21,891 nucleotides of DNA from Candidatus Heimdallarchaeota archaeon (lineage in GTDB: Archaea > Asgardarchaeota > Heimdallarchaeia > Heimdallarchaeales > Heimdallarchaeaceae), in the NCBI GenBank assembly GCA_030668825.1, contig DAOVET010000039.1, positions 1 through 21,891 of the forward strand. The letters are read 5' to 3'. Below, piece by piece: positions 8,327 through 18,114 of the stretch; within the stretch, counting starts at the first letter, position 1, and every line of letters starts with the position of its first letter. A model generated the notes under the pieces. That model saw nothing but the letters and a program-made list of their open reading frames with translations, searched no databases and had not been told where the DNA came from. A program made the position numbers and the translations under genes.

Positions 8327-9220
8327 TCAATACTTTCCAACCAGAATTGGAACTTCTTTTCTCTCGATAATGCTTAAAGCATCAAATCTACACGCATGAA
8401 CACAGACACCACAGCCATAACAACTCTCTTGATCAATCTCTACTCTTTGTGTAATTTCATTAAAACTTATAGCTCCAAACTGACACATTGTCAAACATCT
8501 CTTACATCCCTGACAGTTGTTTGGATTGTTCTGTACAACATATTCTGCCTTGAAAATAGAATTAATCCCAAAATCTACTCGAGGTCTGAATCCTGCACAC
8601 TCAGGTGTTTGGCATGCACACAGATTATTGATGTATGGAAATGCCCCATACCAGATTGTGCCTATGTATCCTTTTTTATTGAATTCTGTAAACTTTTCGA
8701 TAGCTTCTTCTTTTGTTAGTCTGTATTTACTATCTTCAGGTTCTGGAATAAAACGTGGCAACTTATCTATTATGTCACTCATAACACCGAAATTGATACA
8801 ACAAGCTTCTTTTTCAGCTCTTGCCATATACCTACACATACAATATTTCATGATGATTGTATTTTCGTCTACACAGTTTTCTAAAATGGCGATTGCGTCA
8901 TCAAGAGGAACAACTTGACCTATATGGCCTTCAGCTTGAAAGGGATTGAATTTAGGTTTTTTTGAATGCAACATTTTCTCTGCAAAGTGTTTTACAATTC
9001 TTCCAATAACTGGCATTTTAATTTTGTAACCCAATCCTTCTGCACTAAATCCTGCCAGCTTCCTTACTTGCATGGCCTCAAAGGTTTTGTATTGTTCAAG
9101 TAAAAACTCTTTGAGAAATTCCTCATCTATGTTTATGTCATCTAATACTTCAGTAGTATAATTTCTAGCATTCAAGTACCATTTTCCAGCTGTTCCATGT
9201 TCTAAACAATGATCACACAT
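8327..9220 (-). CDS. Multi-cluster Fe-S protein with a C-terminal 2[4Fe-4S] ferredoxin domain
   Basis: N-terminal CDHCLEHG, central CMCR...CCINFG...CACQTPEC, C-terminal CQGCKRCLTMC and CYGCGVCVHAC. Start is ATG 9220 (TTG 9223 alternative). Confidence 0.85.
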   Translation of the reverse strand: MCDHCLEHGTAGKWYLNARNYTTEVLDDINIDEEFLKEFLLEQYKTFEAMQVRKLAGFSAEGLGYKIKMPVIGRIVKHFAEKMLHSKKPKFNPFQAEGHIGQVVPLDDAIAILENCVDENTIIMKYCMCRYMARAEKEACCINFGVMSDIIDKLPRFIPEPEDSKYRLTKEEAIEKFTEFNKKGYIGTIWYGAFPYINNLCACQTPECAGFRPRVDFGINSIFKAEYVVQNNPNNCQGCKRCLTMCQFGAISFNEITQRVEIDQESCYGCGVCVHACRFDALSIIERKEVPILVGKY

Positions 9221-9344
9221 CAATAATCACTAAATTAAGATATCTTTCTTCGAAATGAGAAAAGCTTTATATAAGATTTAAGCCACCAAATTCTCCCTAA
9301 AAATAGAAATATAATTTTAAATACGTGTAAATATTAGGACTAAT

Positions 9345-10226
9345 TCATATTAACTGAAGGGTTTCTATAGTTCTTTTTACTGCTAGAGTAGTAATATTCA
9401 ACTTCTCTGCTATTTGCTTAGGTGTAAATGCCAGTTTAACAGATTTTTCAATTTCCTTCAATTTATTTATTACTCTCCTAACAGTAAAAACAGAGAGCTC
9501 TAGTTTTTCCGAAATTTCCTCTATTGTTTTTCCTTGTTTGTGATAAACGTAGATTTCTTTGTATTTAGCAATCGTTAAACCAAATTCGTATAAGATGTCA
9601 ATGACATCTAGAATGTAAAGGTTATATTTCATGGAAATATCATGGATGGATTTACCCTCTAATCTATCTCTAACAATGTCTGGAAGACTCTCAATTTTCT
9701 TTGTCTTCTGCCTGACAGCTGTTACGTTTACAGTTGAATTACGAATTAGTTTGTTAAGTTGCTTCAAATCATTTAATCCAAGATAGATCGATATAGCCTC
9801 ATTATCATAACCTCTATTCTTCATTTGGACATAGTTGGCAATACGTAATGTTTCTTTATCCTTCCTATTTCGAATGAAACCTCTATCTTCTAGAACTTTT
9901 CTAACTGTATAATATGTCAATCCCAGCTCTTTAGCTATCTCGTGTTTTGATTTACCTCGATTAAAAAGATTTCCAATATCTTCGTGCTTGAATTTATGAT
10001 AATCTGCAATTGTACGAGTTTCAATTCTATTTTCTTTGAGAACTTTTGAAACTGTGTGCCTGTTCAGTTCAAGTTCTATGGCAATCTCATATGTAGAGAG
10101 ACCATCCTCATACATTTCTACTATTAGTGCGTCTCTTTCATTTAATGGAACATTCCCTAACATAACTGGAACATTTTCCTCCAATAGAGCTTCATCTCCT
10201 TGATTGTTAGGTTCCATTTTCATCAA
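9345..10226 (-). CDS. Multi-helix-turn-helix DNA-binding protein (about 6 tandem tri-helical HTH repeats)
   Basis: Repeats GLSTYEIAIELELNRHTVSKVL, GKSKHEIAKELGLTYYTVRKVL, GYDNEAISIYLGL, GKSIHDISMKYNL, GKTIEEISEKLELSVFTVRRVI and FTPKQIAEKLNITTLAVKRTI. The start is uncertain (10226, 10223 or 10217). Confidence 0.8.
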   Translation of the reverse strand: MMKMEPNNQGDEALLEENVPVMLGNVPLNERDALIVEMYEDGLSTYEIAIELELNRHTVSKVLKENRIETRTIADYHKFKHEDIGNLFNRGKSKHEIAKELGLTYYTVRKVLEDRGFIRNRKDKETLRIANYVQMKNRGYDNEAISIYLGLNDLKQLNKLIRNSTVNVTAVRQKTKKIESLPDIVRDRLEGKSIHDISMKYNLYILDVIDILYEFGLTIAKYKEIYVYHKQGKTIEEISEKLELSVFTVRRVINKLKEIEKSVKLAFTPKQIAEKLNITTLAVKRTIETLQLI

Positions 10227-10247
10227 CTTTGAAATTTCCCACTAAGG

Positions 10248-10265
10248 AGCTATATCAATATAGCT
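10248..10265. promoter_or_regulatory. Perfect inverted repeat AGCTATAT-CA-ATATAGCT, candidate operator upstream of the multi-HTH gene
   Basis: 8-bp arms with a 2-nt spacer, 22-39 nt upstream of the HTH gene. The same half-site AGCTATAT recurs at 10408-10415. Confidence 0.5.
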
Positions 10266-10463
10266 TTGCGTGTGCTTTACATTGAAACATAGTAATAAAA
10301 ATATTTTTGCTTACTTCTAATCATTGGAATGATTTAGCTAAAGTGGAGAAAATAATAGTTTCACAAATTGTGGTTAGGATATACATCCAATTGATTTTTT
10401 CCATATAAGCTATATGAAGAAGATATTTCCATGGTTATTAATCCAATATTTTCACTGATAAAA

Positions 10464-10473
10464 TATTTAAATA
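10464..10473 (+). promoter_or_regulatory. Archaeal TATA box (TATTTAAATA) for the MFS gene
   Basis: Lies 21-30 nt upstream of ATG 10494 with an A-rich BRE position and no SD, consistent with a leaderless transcript. Confidence 0.55.
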
Positions 10474-10493
10474 GAATTAAATAATTTCTGGAT

Positions 10494-11837
10494 ATGTCGT
10501 ATTTTACAAGAATTAGAGAAAATTATGGCAAAGCAAGGAACCGGGAAAGTTTTTCTTACCTTTATACTGCAGTTATCGGTCTTGGTTTCTTTACAACTGC
10601 TATAACTTGGGCAATGTTTAATGTTTACATGCCCTTATATCTAGAAGATCTACTTGGACATCTACCCAATCCCAAACTCATTATTGGTTTTATAATGGTT
10701 TTAGATAACATTGCAGCAATAACCTTACAACCATGGATTGGGAAAGTATCTGATAATATCTGGACTAAATGGGGGCGAAGGATGCCTTTTATTTTAGTCG
10801 GTATTCCAATTGCAGCAGTATTTTTTGGATTACTTCCAACTTTTAGAGATTCACTTGTTCTAATATTGGTTATTATAGGTGGTTTCAATATTGCTATGGC
10901 TCTTTACAGAGCACCAGTAGTTGCATTGATGCCAGATCTTGTTTCCAAGGATTATCGAAGCAGAGGAAATGCAGTAATAAACCTACTCGGAGGTATAGGC
11001 GCTTTAATTGGTTTGTTTGTTATGGGCGCAATTCATGATGCGAATCCAATACTCTCCTTTGTAATAGTCTCAATACTAATGGTACTTTGTTTAGTTGTGT
11101 TAATTTTTAGCATAAGGGAACAAAAAGAGAGAAAAGAGGTTGAAATCAGAGAGAAAATAAGTATGTTCAAATCAGTTAAACAGATGTTTGTTGACAAAGA
11201 TAGAAGCTTATTAGCTGTTCTTTTTGCAATCCTGTTATGGTTTTTTGGATTCAATGCAATCGAAACGTGGTTTAGTACATATGCTACGCGACCAGATCTT
11301 CTTAATATTTCTCCTGGAAGTGCGAGTATGCTTCTTGGAGTTTACTCTTTAACTTTCATCTTGTTTGCATTACCAGCAGGACTAATTGCAAAAAGAATTG
11401 GTCGAAAAAGAACTATTCTCATAGGACTAGTTGGTTTAGTATTGACCATGATTCCACTTGTTATATTCTCCGTAGTGCCGATACCTGGATTACGAACAAT
11501 AGTTGATTTCCTACCATTTAGTTGGACTTGGGAAATTATAATAGATGGTCTCCTCCTCTTCTTTGGTGGAATGTTCTGGGCTTTTGTAAACGTCAACAGT
11601 ATAGTCATAGTTTGGGAACTTGCAGGACCTTCTCGATTAGGAACTTATACAGGAATATATTATTTCTTCTCAGCTTTAGCAGCGATTACTTCTCCTGTAC
11701 TAGCAGGTGCTCTATTTGATGCCATTGGTGTAAACTTCCTATTCCTATATTCTGTTGTATTCTTTATTGCTGCTTTTATTAGTACACTTTTCATAAAAAC
11801 AACAGGTCAAGAAGCTAATGAAATGGTGGCAAAATAA
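10494..11837 (+). CDS. MFS transporter, SLC45/GPH-like (maltose/sucrose/glycoside:cation symporter type)
   Basis: About 12 hydrophobic segments; QPWIGKVSD...WGRRMPFIL, YRAPVVALMPD...RSRGNAVINLLGG, IAKRIGRKRTI and GTYTGIYYFFS. Confidence 0.88.
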   Translation: MSYFTRIRENYGKARNRESFSYLYTAVIGLGFFTTAITWAMFNVYMPLYLEDLLGHLPNPKLIIGFIMVLDNIAAITLQPWIGKVSDNIWTKWGRRMPFILVGIPIAAVFFGLLPTFRDSLVLILVIIGGFNIAMALYRAPVVALMPDLVSKDYRSRGNAVINLLGGIGALIGLFVMGAIHDANPILSFVIVSILMVLCLVVLIFSIREQKERKEVEIREKISMFKSVKQMFVDKDRSLLAVLFAILLWFFGFNAIETWFSTYATRPDLLNISPGSASMLLGVYSLTFILFALPAGLIAKRIGRKRTILIGLVGLVLTMIPLVIFSVVPIPGLRTIVDFLPFSWTWEIIIDGLLLFFGGMFWAFVNVNSIVIVWELAGPSRLGTYTGIYYFFSALAAITSPVLAGALFDAIGVNFLFLYSVVFFIAAFISTLFIKTTGQEANEMVAK

Positions 11838-11849
11838 AGTAAATTGCCA

Positions 11850-11872
11850 TTTTTTCACTTTTTTTCTTTTTT
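11850..11872 (+). terminator. Oligo-T archaeal-type terminator after the MFS gene
   Basis: TTTTTTCACTTTTTTTCTTTTTT begins 13 nt after the stop codon. Confidence 0.55.
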
Positions 11873-11953
11873 AAAGATTGAACTTCAACATATTTAAATG
11901 TCATATGATGTTATGTCTAACTGTCTGTTAAGAAGTTCTCAGGATGTGATAAA

Positions 11954-14920
11954 TTGACTACTGATCAAGAAGCAGCTAGCTTCTTTCTAGAATATAAACC
12001 AAAATACAAAATCTTTCATGAACTTATGAAAAGAAGAATGAAAAATGTCCTTCTCGTTTCTAGTATTTATGATAGTTTTATGCTCGAAGAGGATGGTCGA
12101 TTATCTGATCAAATTTATGAAGAATTTCAAAATCTCAATCTTCGAACTCTACCAAGAATTACTCGTGTATCTTCTGCTAATGAAGCCTTGGATATGCTAG
12201 AAAAGAAAAAGTTTGATTTAGTTATTACTATGAGACGATTAGGCGATATGGATGCTTTTTCTTTTGGAGCAAATGTTAAAGAAATCCAAGATATTCCTGT
12301 AATTCTACTATTAAATAGTGTTGTAGAAATCAAGTATCTTCCTGAATTTAGTAAACGAAAAGGTATAGATAGAGTCTTTGTTTGGAATGGAGACAGTAAG
12401 ATTTTCATTGCTATTATCAAACATCTTGAGGATAGATTTAATGCAGATTTCGATACAGATGCTGGTAATGTAAGAGTTTTTATCTTCGTTGATGATTCAA
12501 TTAGGTTCTATTCTCTAATGCTTCCAGAATTTTATGGAGAAATTATGAGACAAACTCATCGGTTAATTCTTGAAGGTACAAATGATTTTCAGGATTTACT
12601 CAAGATGCGAGTAAGACCAAAAATTCTGCTTGCAGAGAATTATGAAGAAGCCGTTTCATATTATGAACGCTATAAAGAATACGTAATGGGCGTTATTTCA
12701 GATATCGAGTTTCCACTTGATGGAGAACTCAACAAAAATGCTGGATTTCTCTTTGCAGAGAGAATAAAAAAAGATTTTCCCAACTTACCTATTGTTCTAC
12801 AATCAAGTAAAGACTTTTATCGAGAACAAGCCGAAGAGATGAACTGTTATTTCATTCATAAACGGTCACATGGTATGCTGTGGGATCTTCGGAAATGGCT
12901 TCTTGAATATGTTGGATTTGGAGAGTTCATATTTAAAGATCAGGATGGCAATATTTACGGTCATGCTACTGATGTCGTTACCTTTTACAAGCAACTTTCT
13001 GAAGTACCTTTAAATTCCTTAGTTTATCATGGAAAAAGTGATCATTTCTCTAACTGGTTACGTGCAAGAGGCGAATTCGAAATTGCTGAAACATTGAAAC
13101 CTCGGAAAGTTTCTGAATTTACTGAAATTGAGCTTAGAGACTTTCTAATTAAAACAATAGATAATATTGTAATAGAAAAAACAAGAGGTGTTATTAATGA
13201 TTTCTCTCGAGATAATTATCATCCTGAGACTCTTTATCTAAGATTGCGACCCGGTTCATTAGGAGGAAAAGGAAGGGGTATTGCTTTCTTGATGTTCCTC
13301 CTTAACTCTTTAATGATTAAAGATGAATTTCCTACTATAAATATCGAAATTCCAAAAACCATTGTTATTGGTACTGATGAATATGATAAGTTTATGGAAG
13401 ATAATAATTTATATGAATTCGCTTTATCAGATGTTCCAGATTCTGAAATAAAGAAGAGCTTCGTTAATAGCAAACTATCAAGGAGTCTAAGAAATGATTT
13501 AGCGTTTATTCTCAAAGATTTAGATGGTCCTTTAGCTGTTCGTTCATCAAGTCTTCTAGAAGATTCCGCGTATCAACCATTTGCAGGTATATTCGATACA
13601 TACATGATTCCCAATAATCATGGAAGTAGGAAGGAAAAGCTTGAGAAACTATGTACAGCTATAAAACTTGTTTATGCATCTCAATTCTTAAAACTTGCAA
13701 AATCATATGTCGAAACCATTCAACAGACTGTTGAAGAATCGAAAATGGCTGTTGTTATACAAAAAGTAGTAGGAAAAGAAAGACACAAACATTATTATCC
13801 AGATTTCTCTGGAACTGCAGCGTCATATAATTATTACCCATTTGGAGACTATATGAAACCTGAAGATAGAATTGCACATCTAGCTCTAGGGCTTGGTAAA
13901 ACAATTGTTGATGGGGAATTTTCTGTGCGGTTTTGTCCAAAATATCCTAAACTAAATTACTACTCAACACCTGATTTATTATTAAATCTAAGCCAGAAAA
14001 ACTATTACTGTGTTGATTTAACAAAAACTGAATTTGATATTCTAGATGATGATCCATATATCAAACGCTTACACCTTGGAGATGCCATTAAAGAGGGAAC
14101 CTTATCTAAAATCGCAGATAATTATAATTTCAATACAGAATCTTTAGAAGAAGGTTTCTTTGGCAAAGGATCCCCTGTTATAACATTCAATCAGCAATTA
14201 AAATTTGAAACTACACCTTTAGCAAGATTGGTAACTAGAATTTTATCTATTGGTGAAAGAGCTCTAGGTTCTTCAATAGAAATTGAGTTTGCTGGAAACT
14301 TCAGTAATTCGAAGAGCGAAAAAGATCAATTCTATATATTGCAAATAAGACCATTCTTACAACAAGAAGCTCTTTTATTGGATGATTTTGAGGTTGTAGA
14401 TGTTAATCAAATCTTAGCATTTTCTTCGCATGTGTCAGGAAATCTTCTCCGATCGGATATCAAGGATATTGTTTATGTTAAAGCAGGGATGTTTGATAAG
14501 ACCAAAACTCTAGAAATTGTTGAAGAAATAGATTTACTAAATTCCCAATTAACTAAAAAGAATCGCCCCTATTTGTTAATTGGTTTTGGTAGATGGGGAA
14601 CTGCTGATAGATTTTTAGGAATCCCTGCTAAATGGAGCAATATTAATGGGGCGAGAACTATAATTGAGACATCTCTAGAAGGTTTCTCAATTGATTTTTC
14701 TCAAGGTGCTCATTTCTTCCATAATATTGTATCAGCTAATATTGGGTATTTCCATATTAAGCACAAATCTGAGCATCATAAGATAGATTGGGATTGGATA
14801 AATAAACAAAAATCTAAAACTGATTTGAAATTTGTAAGACACATTGAGTTGAAAAACCCTTTAACAGTCAGAATAGATGCTCAAAAACGAGAAGGAATAA
14901 TATTAAAACCTGAAAAATAA
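11954..14920 (+). CDS. Receiver-domain-containing PEP synthase/pyruvate phosphate dikinase-like protein (PPDK_N ATP-grasp domain)
   Basis: N-terminal pseudo-receiver, a second receiver (FVDDS...VISDIEFP...IVLQSS...FIHK), a DUF5752-like segment (SLVYH...HFSNWL), PPDK_N motifs GSLGGKGRG, PLAVRSSSLLED...FAGIF, MAVVIQKVVG, LGLGKTIVDG and EIEFA...FYILQIRP, and C-terminal GRWG...SQGAHFFHN. TTG start after AGGATGTGA. Confidence 0.85.
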   Translation: MTTDQEAASFFLEYKPKYKIFHELMKRRMKNVLLVSSIYDSFMLEEDGRLSDQIYEEFQNLNLRTLPRITRVSSANEALDMLEKKKFDLVITMRRLGDMDAFSFGANVKEIQDIPVILLLNSVVEIKYLPEFSKRKGIDRVFVWNGDSKIFIAIIKHLEDRFNADFDTDAGNVRVFIFVDDSIRFYSLMLPEFYGEIMRQTHRLILEGTNDFQDLLKMRVRPKILLAENYEEAVSYYERYKEYVMGVISDIEFPLDGELNKNAGFLFAERIKKDFPNLPIVLQSSKDFYREQAEEMNCYFIHKRSHGMLWDLRKWLLEYVGFGEFIFKDQDGNIYGHATDVVTFYKQLSEVPLNSLVYHGKSDHFSNWLRARGEFEIAETLKPRKVSEFTEIELRDFLIKTIDNIVIEKTRGVINDFSRDNYHPETLYLRLRPGSLGGKGRGIAFLMFLLNSLMIKDEFPTINIEIPKTIVIGTDEYDKFMEDNNLYEFALSDVPDSEIKKSFVNSKLSRSLRNDLAFILKDLDGPLAVRSSSLLEDSAYQPFAGIFDTYMIPNNHGSRKEKLEKLCTAIKLVYASQFLKLAKSYVETIQQTVEESKMAVVIQKVVGKERHKHYYPDFSGTAASYNYYPFGDYMKPEDRIAHLALGLGKTIVDGEFSVRFCPKYPKLNYYSTPDLLLNLSQKNYYCVDLTKTEFDILDDDPYIKRLHLGDAIKEGTLSKIADNYNFNTESLEEGFFGKGSPVITFNQQLKFETTPLARLVTRILSIGERALGSSIEIEFAGNFSNSKSEKDQFYILQIRPFLQQEALLLDDFEVVDVNQILAFSSHVSGNLLRSDIKDIVYVKAGMFDKTKTLEIVEEIDLLNSQLTKKNRPYLLIGFGRWGTADRFLGIPAKWSNINGARTIIETSLEGFSIDFSQGAHFFHNIVSANIGYFHIKHKSEHHKIDWDWINKQKSKTDLKFVRHIELKNPLTVRIDAQKREGIILKPEK

Positions 14921-14929
14921 GAAAAATTA

Positions 14930-14948
14930 TCGATGGATAATCCATCGA
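14930..14948. terminator. Perfect hairpin TCGATGGA-TAA-TCCATCGA between convergent genes
   Basis: 8-bp stem in the 38-nt gap between the PPDK-like gene and gdhA, with T-rich flanks on both strands; possible bidirectional terminator. Confidence 0.5.
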
Positions 14949-14958
14949 AATTTAGTTT

Positions 14959-16332
<1,374 letters not shown>

Positions 16333-16482
16333 TTAATCTGCTAATCTAAATTTTATTTAAAACCATTGTGATATAACATTAAAATTACGTATTATATATT
16401 CACAAAAATACGGGAAGTTGGGTGCAAGTTTAACTAGAGGCTTATAAAAATTAAAGAAAAAAATAGATTAAAAAACTTATTT

Positions 16483-17235
16483 TTATTCTAGTTCTTTCTT
16501 TATAACATCAAGTATTTTGTAAGAATCACTCAATGCGTCATATTCTATAACAGATTCTAACAGATTGTTGATTGTAGGTTGAACTCTAACAGGAGGCATG
16601 TTGACCTTTTCCTTAATCTCAGCTAGCTTAAGACCTTCAGGACGAGATGCAATTGTTGCAACAACCTCTGCTTCAGGAACATCCATTAGACCAGCATCCA
16701 TCAGATACACAATCAGTTTATTTTCATTTTCTACTTGTGCTAACCTAGCAGTTGCTTCAGCTATTTTATGATCCAATGCATCAACAGTTTCCTTCGATTG
16801 AGTTTGAAGTTGAGTATAAATTAGCTCTTTACCTTTGACATCAGAACTAAATTGGTTATGTTCTGATTCCAGTTGACTAATCTTCTGTTGAAGATCAATA
16901 ATTTTGTGTTCAATTTCTTCTTTGTATTGTCTCTTGCTGCTTTCCGTCAATTCCAGTTCACTTTTCTTAACAATATTGATTTCTATTTCAGTTGTGGTAG
17001 TTTCGATTGATTGTTGTGTATGCATATCCTTCTCTTCTAGTTGTTCGTTGTTCTCCTTCAGTCCATGCAAAGAATTTTTTAATGAAACAATATAGTCTGG
17101 AATGACTCTCACATCATCTATTGTGGAATCTAGTGTCATTTTAGAAGTGGAAATAGTAGCTGAAACACGAGAGGATAATTCCTCAATATCTCTCTTAATC
17201 TCTTCAAGTAAATTTGTTAGTTTTTCTTCTGACAT
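16483..17235 (-). CDS. Long coiled-coil protein with a C-terminal winged-helix domain (paralog B)
   Basis: About 175 aa of heptad-rich E/K/L/I/Q sequence, then PEAEVVATIASRPEGLKLAEIKEKVNMPPVRVQPTINNLLESVIEYDALSDSYKI. SD AGGTGA overlaps the upstream stop, favouring ATG 17235 or 17238 over GTG 17244. Confidence 0.75.
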   Translation of the reverse strand: MSEEKLTNLLEEIKRDIEELSSRVSATISTSKMTLDSTIDDVRVIPDYIVSLKNSLHGLKENNEQLEEKDMHTQQSIETTTTEIEINIVKKSELELTESSKRQYKEEIEHKIIDLQQKISQLESEHNQFSSDVKGKELIYTQLQTQSKETVDALDHKIAEATARLAQVENENKLIVYLMDAGLMDVPEAEVVATIASRPEGLKLAEIKEKVNMPPVRVQPTINNLLESVIEYDALSDSYKILDVIKKELE

Positions 17236-17244
17236 CATAATCAC

Positions 17245-17997
17245 CTAAATATCAATACTTGAGAGCAATTTGAACCTTCCAGAGGCAGGATCATATTCAA
17301 TAATTTCTCTTCGAGCTAAGTCTTGGAGAATTTTACGAATAACGTCATCAGAAACACCAGAGGTTTTCTTAAGATTTTCAGCATTATCTACTCCAGGTGT
17401 ATTCAAACTACGTAAAACCTGTATTTCTGGTAAAGTAACAATATCATTCTTCACTAAATATTGTAAAGATTTAGAACGGGAAAGTACTCGATTAAAATTG
17501 TTTTCAAGTTCAGCGTTTTTAATCTCTCTAGTTCTTATTTGTTCTTTAGTTTCTTCATTTAATGCATCTGTTAACACATCAAATTCTTCGATTTTGCGTT
17601 TTAAATTCGCAACTCTTTCTTTTAAGGAATCAACTTGAAGATTGACTTCAGTACTGACTTTTTCTCTTTCCAAAATTAAAGCTGATAACTGCTCAATATC
17701 TCTTTGTTTACTAGTGACTTCAGACTGAAGAACATCTCTTCTATGATTTAGCTCTTGTAATTCATTTTTGAGTTGATCCAAGTGATTCGAGCTTTGACTT
17801 TTCTTTTCTTCTCCTGAATTAATAGTTTGATTGATTTCATCGGCTTCTTTGAAAAAGGAGGAAAGTTCTTCCGTAAGTTCTCTAATCTTCCCGGTAATCT
17901 CTTCTTTTTTGCTAGCTAAAACCTGTTGCAATTCGTCGAGGTTTGCAGTTAACCTCTCAATATTGTTTTGAGCTGATTCAAGATTTACTCTACTCAT
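17245..17997 (-). CDS. Long coiled-coil protein with a C-terminal winged-helix domain (paralog A)
   Basis: About 180 aa of continuous heptads, then PEIQVLRSLNTPGVDNAENLKKTSGVSDDVIRKILQDLARREIIEYDPASGRFKL (HTH plus beta-wing). Confidence 0.8.
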   Translation of the reverse strand: MSRVNLESAQNNIERLTANLDELQQVLASKKEEITGKIRELTEELSSFFKEADEINQTINSGEEKKSQSSNHLDQLKNELQELNHRRDVLQSEVTSKQRDIEQLSALILEREKVSTEVNLQVDSLKERVANLKRKIEEFDVLTDALNEETKEQIRTREIKNAELENNFNRVLSRSKSLQYLVKNDIVTLPEIQVLRSLNTPGVDNAENLKKTSGVSDDVIRKILQDLARREIIEYDPASGRFKLLSSIDI

Positions 17998-18086
17998 TTT
18001 ATTTCCTCACATTACTAATCTGTGTAAACAATAACAAATAATACACCATTACCTAGCTAAATAAATCTTGTTAAAGCTTAAATGAC

Positions 18087-18112
18087 AAAAAGAAAAAGAG
18101 GGAAAGGAAAAA
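18087..18112 (-). terminator. Pyrimidine/oligo-T terminator after oppF
   Basis: Minus strand reads TTTTTCCTTTCCCTCTTTTTCTTTTT directly after the oppF stop. Confidence 0.5.
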
Positions 18113-18114
18113 GC

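Noticed and set aside
9345-10226. Transposase or IS element call for the multi-HTH gene
   Set aside because: No DDE, HUH or serine-recombinase catalytic domain, and no terminal inverted repeats or target duplications were seen.
11954-14920. Calling the 988-aa protein a bona fide ppsA/ppdK
   Set aside because: It lacks the GGxTSHAA phospho-His motif and the pyruvate/PEP-binding barrel, so the gene symbol is withheld.
16483-17997. SMC/Rad50 or methyl-accepting chemotaxis annotation for the coiled-coil proteins
   Set aside because: No Walker A/B, signature motif, hinge, zinc hook or MCP hairpin motif; any such similarity would be generic coiled-coil matching.
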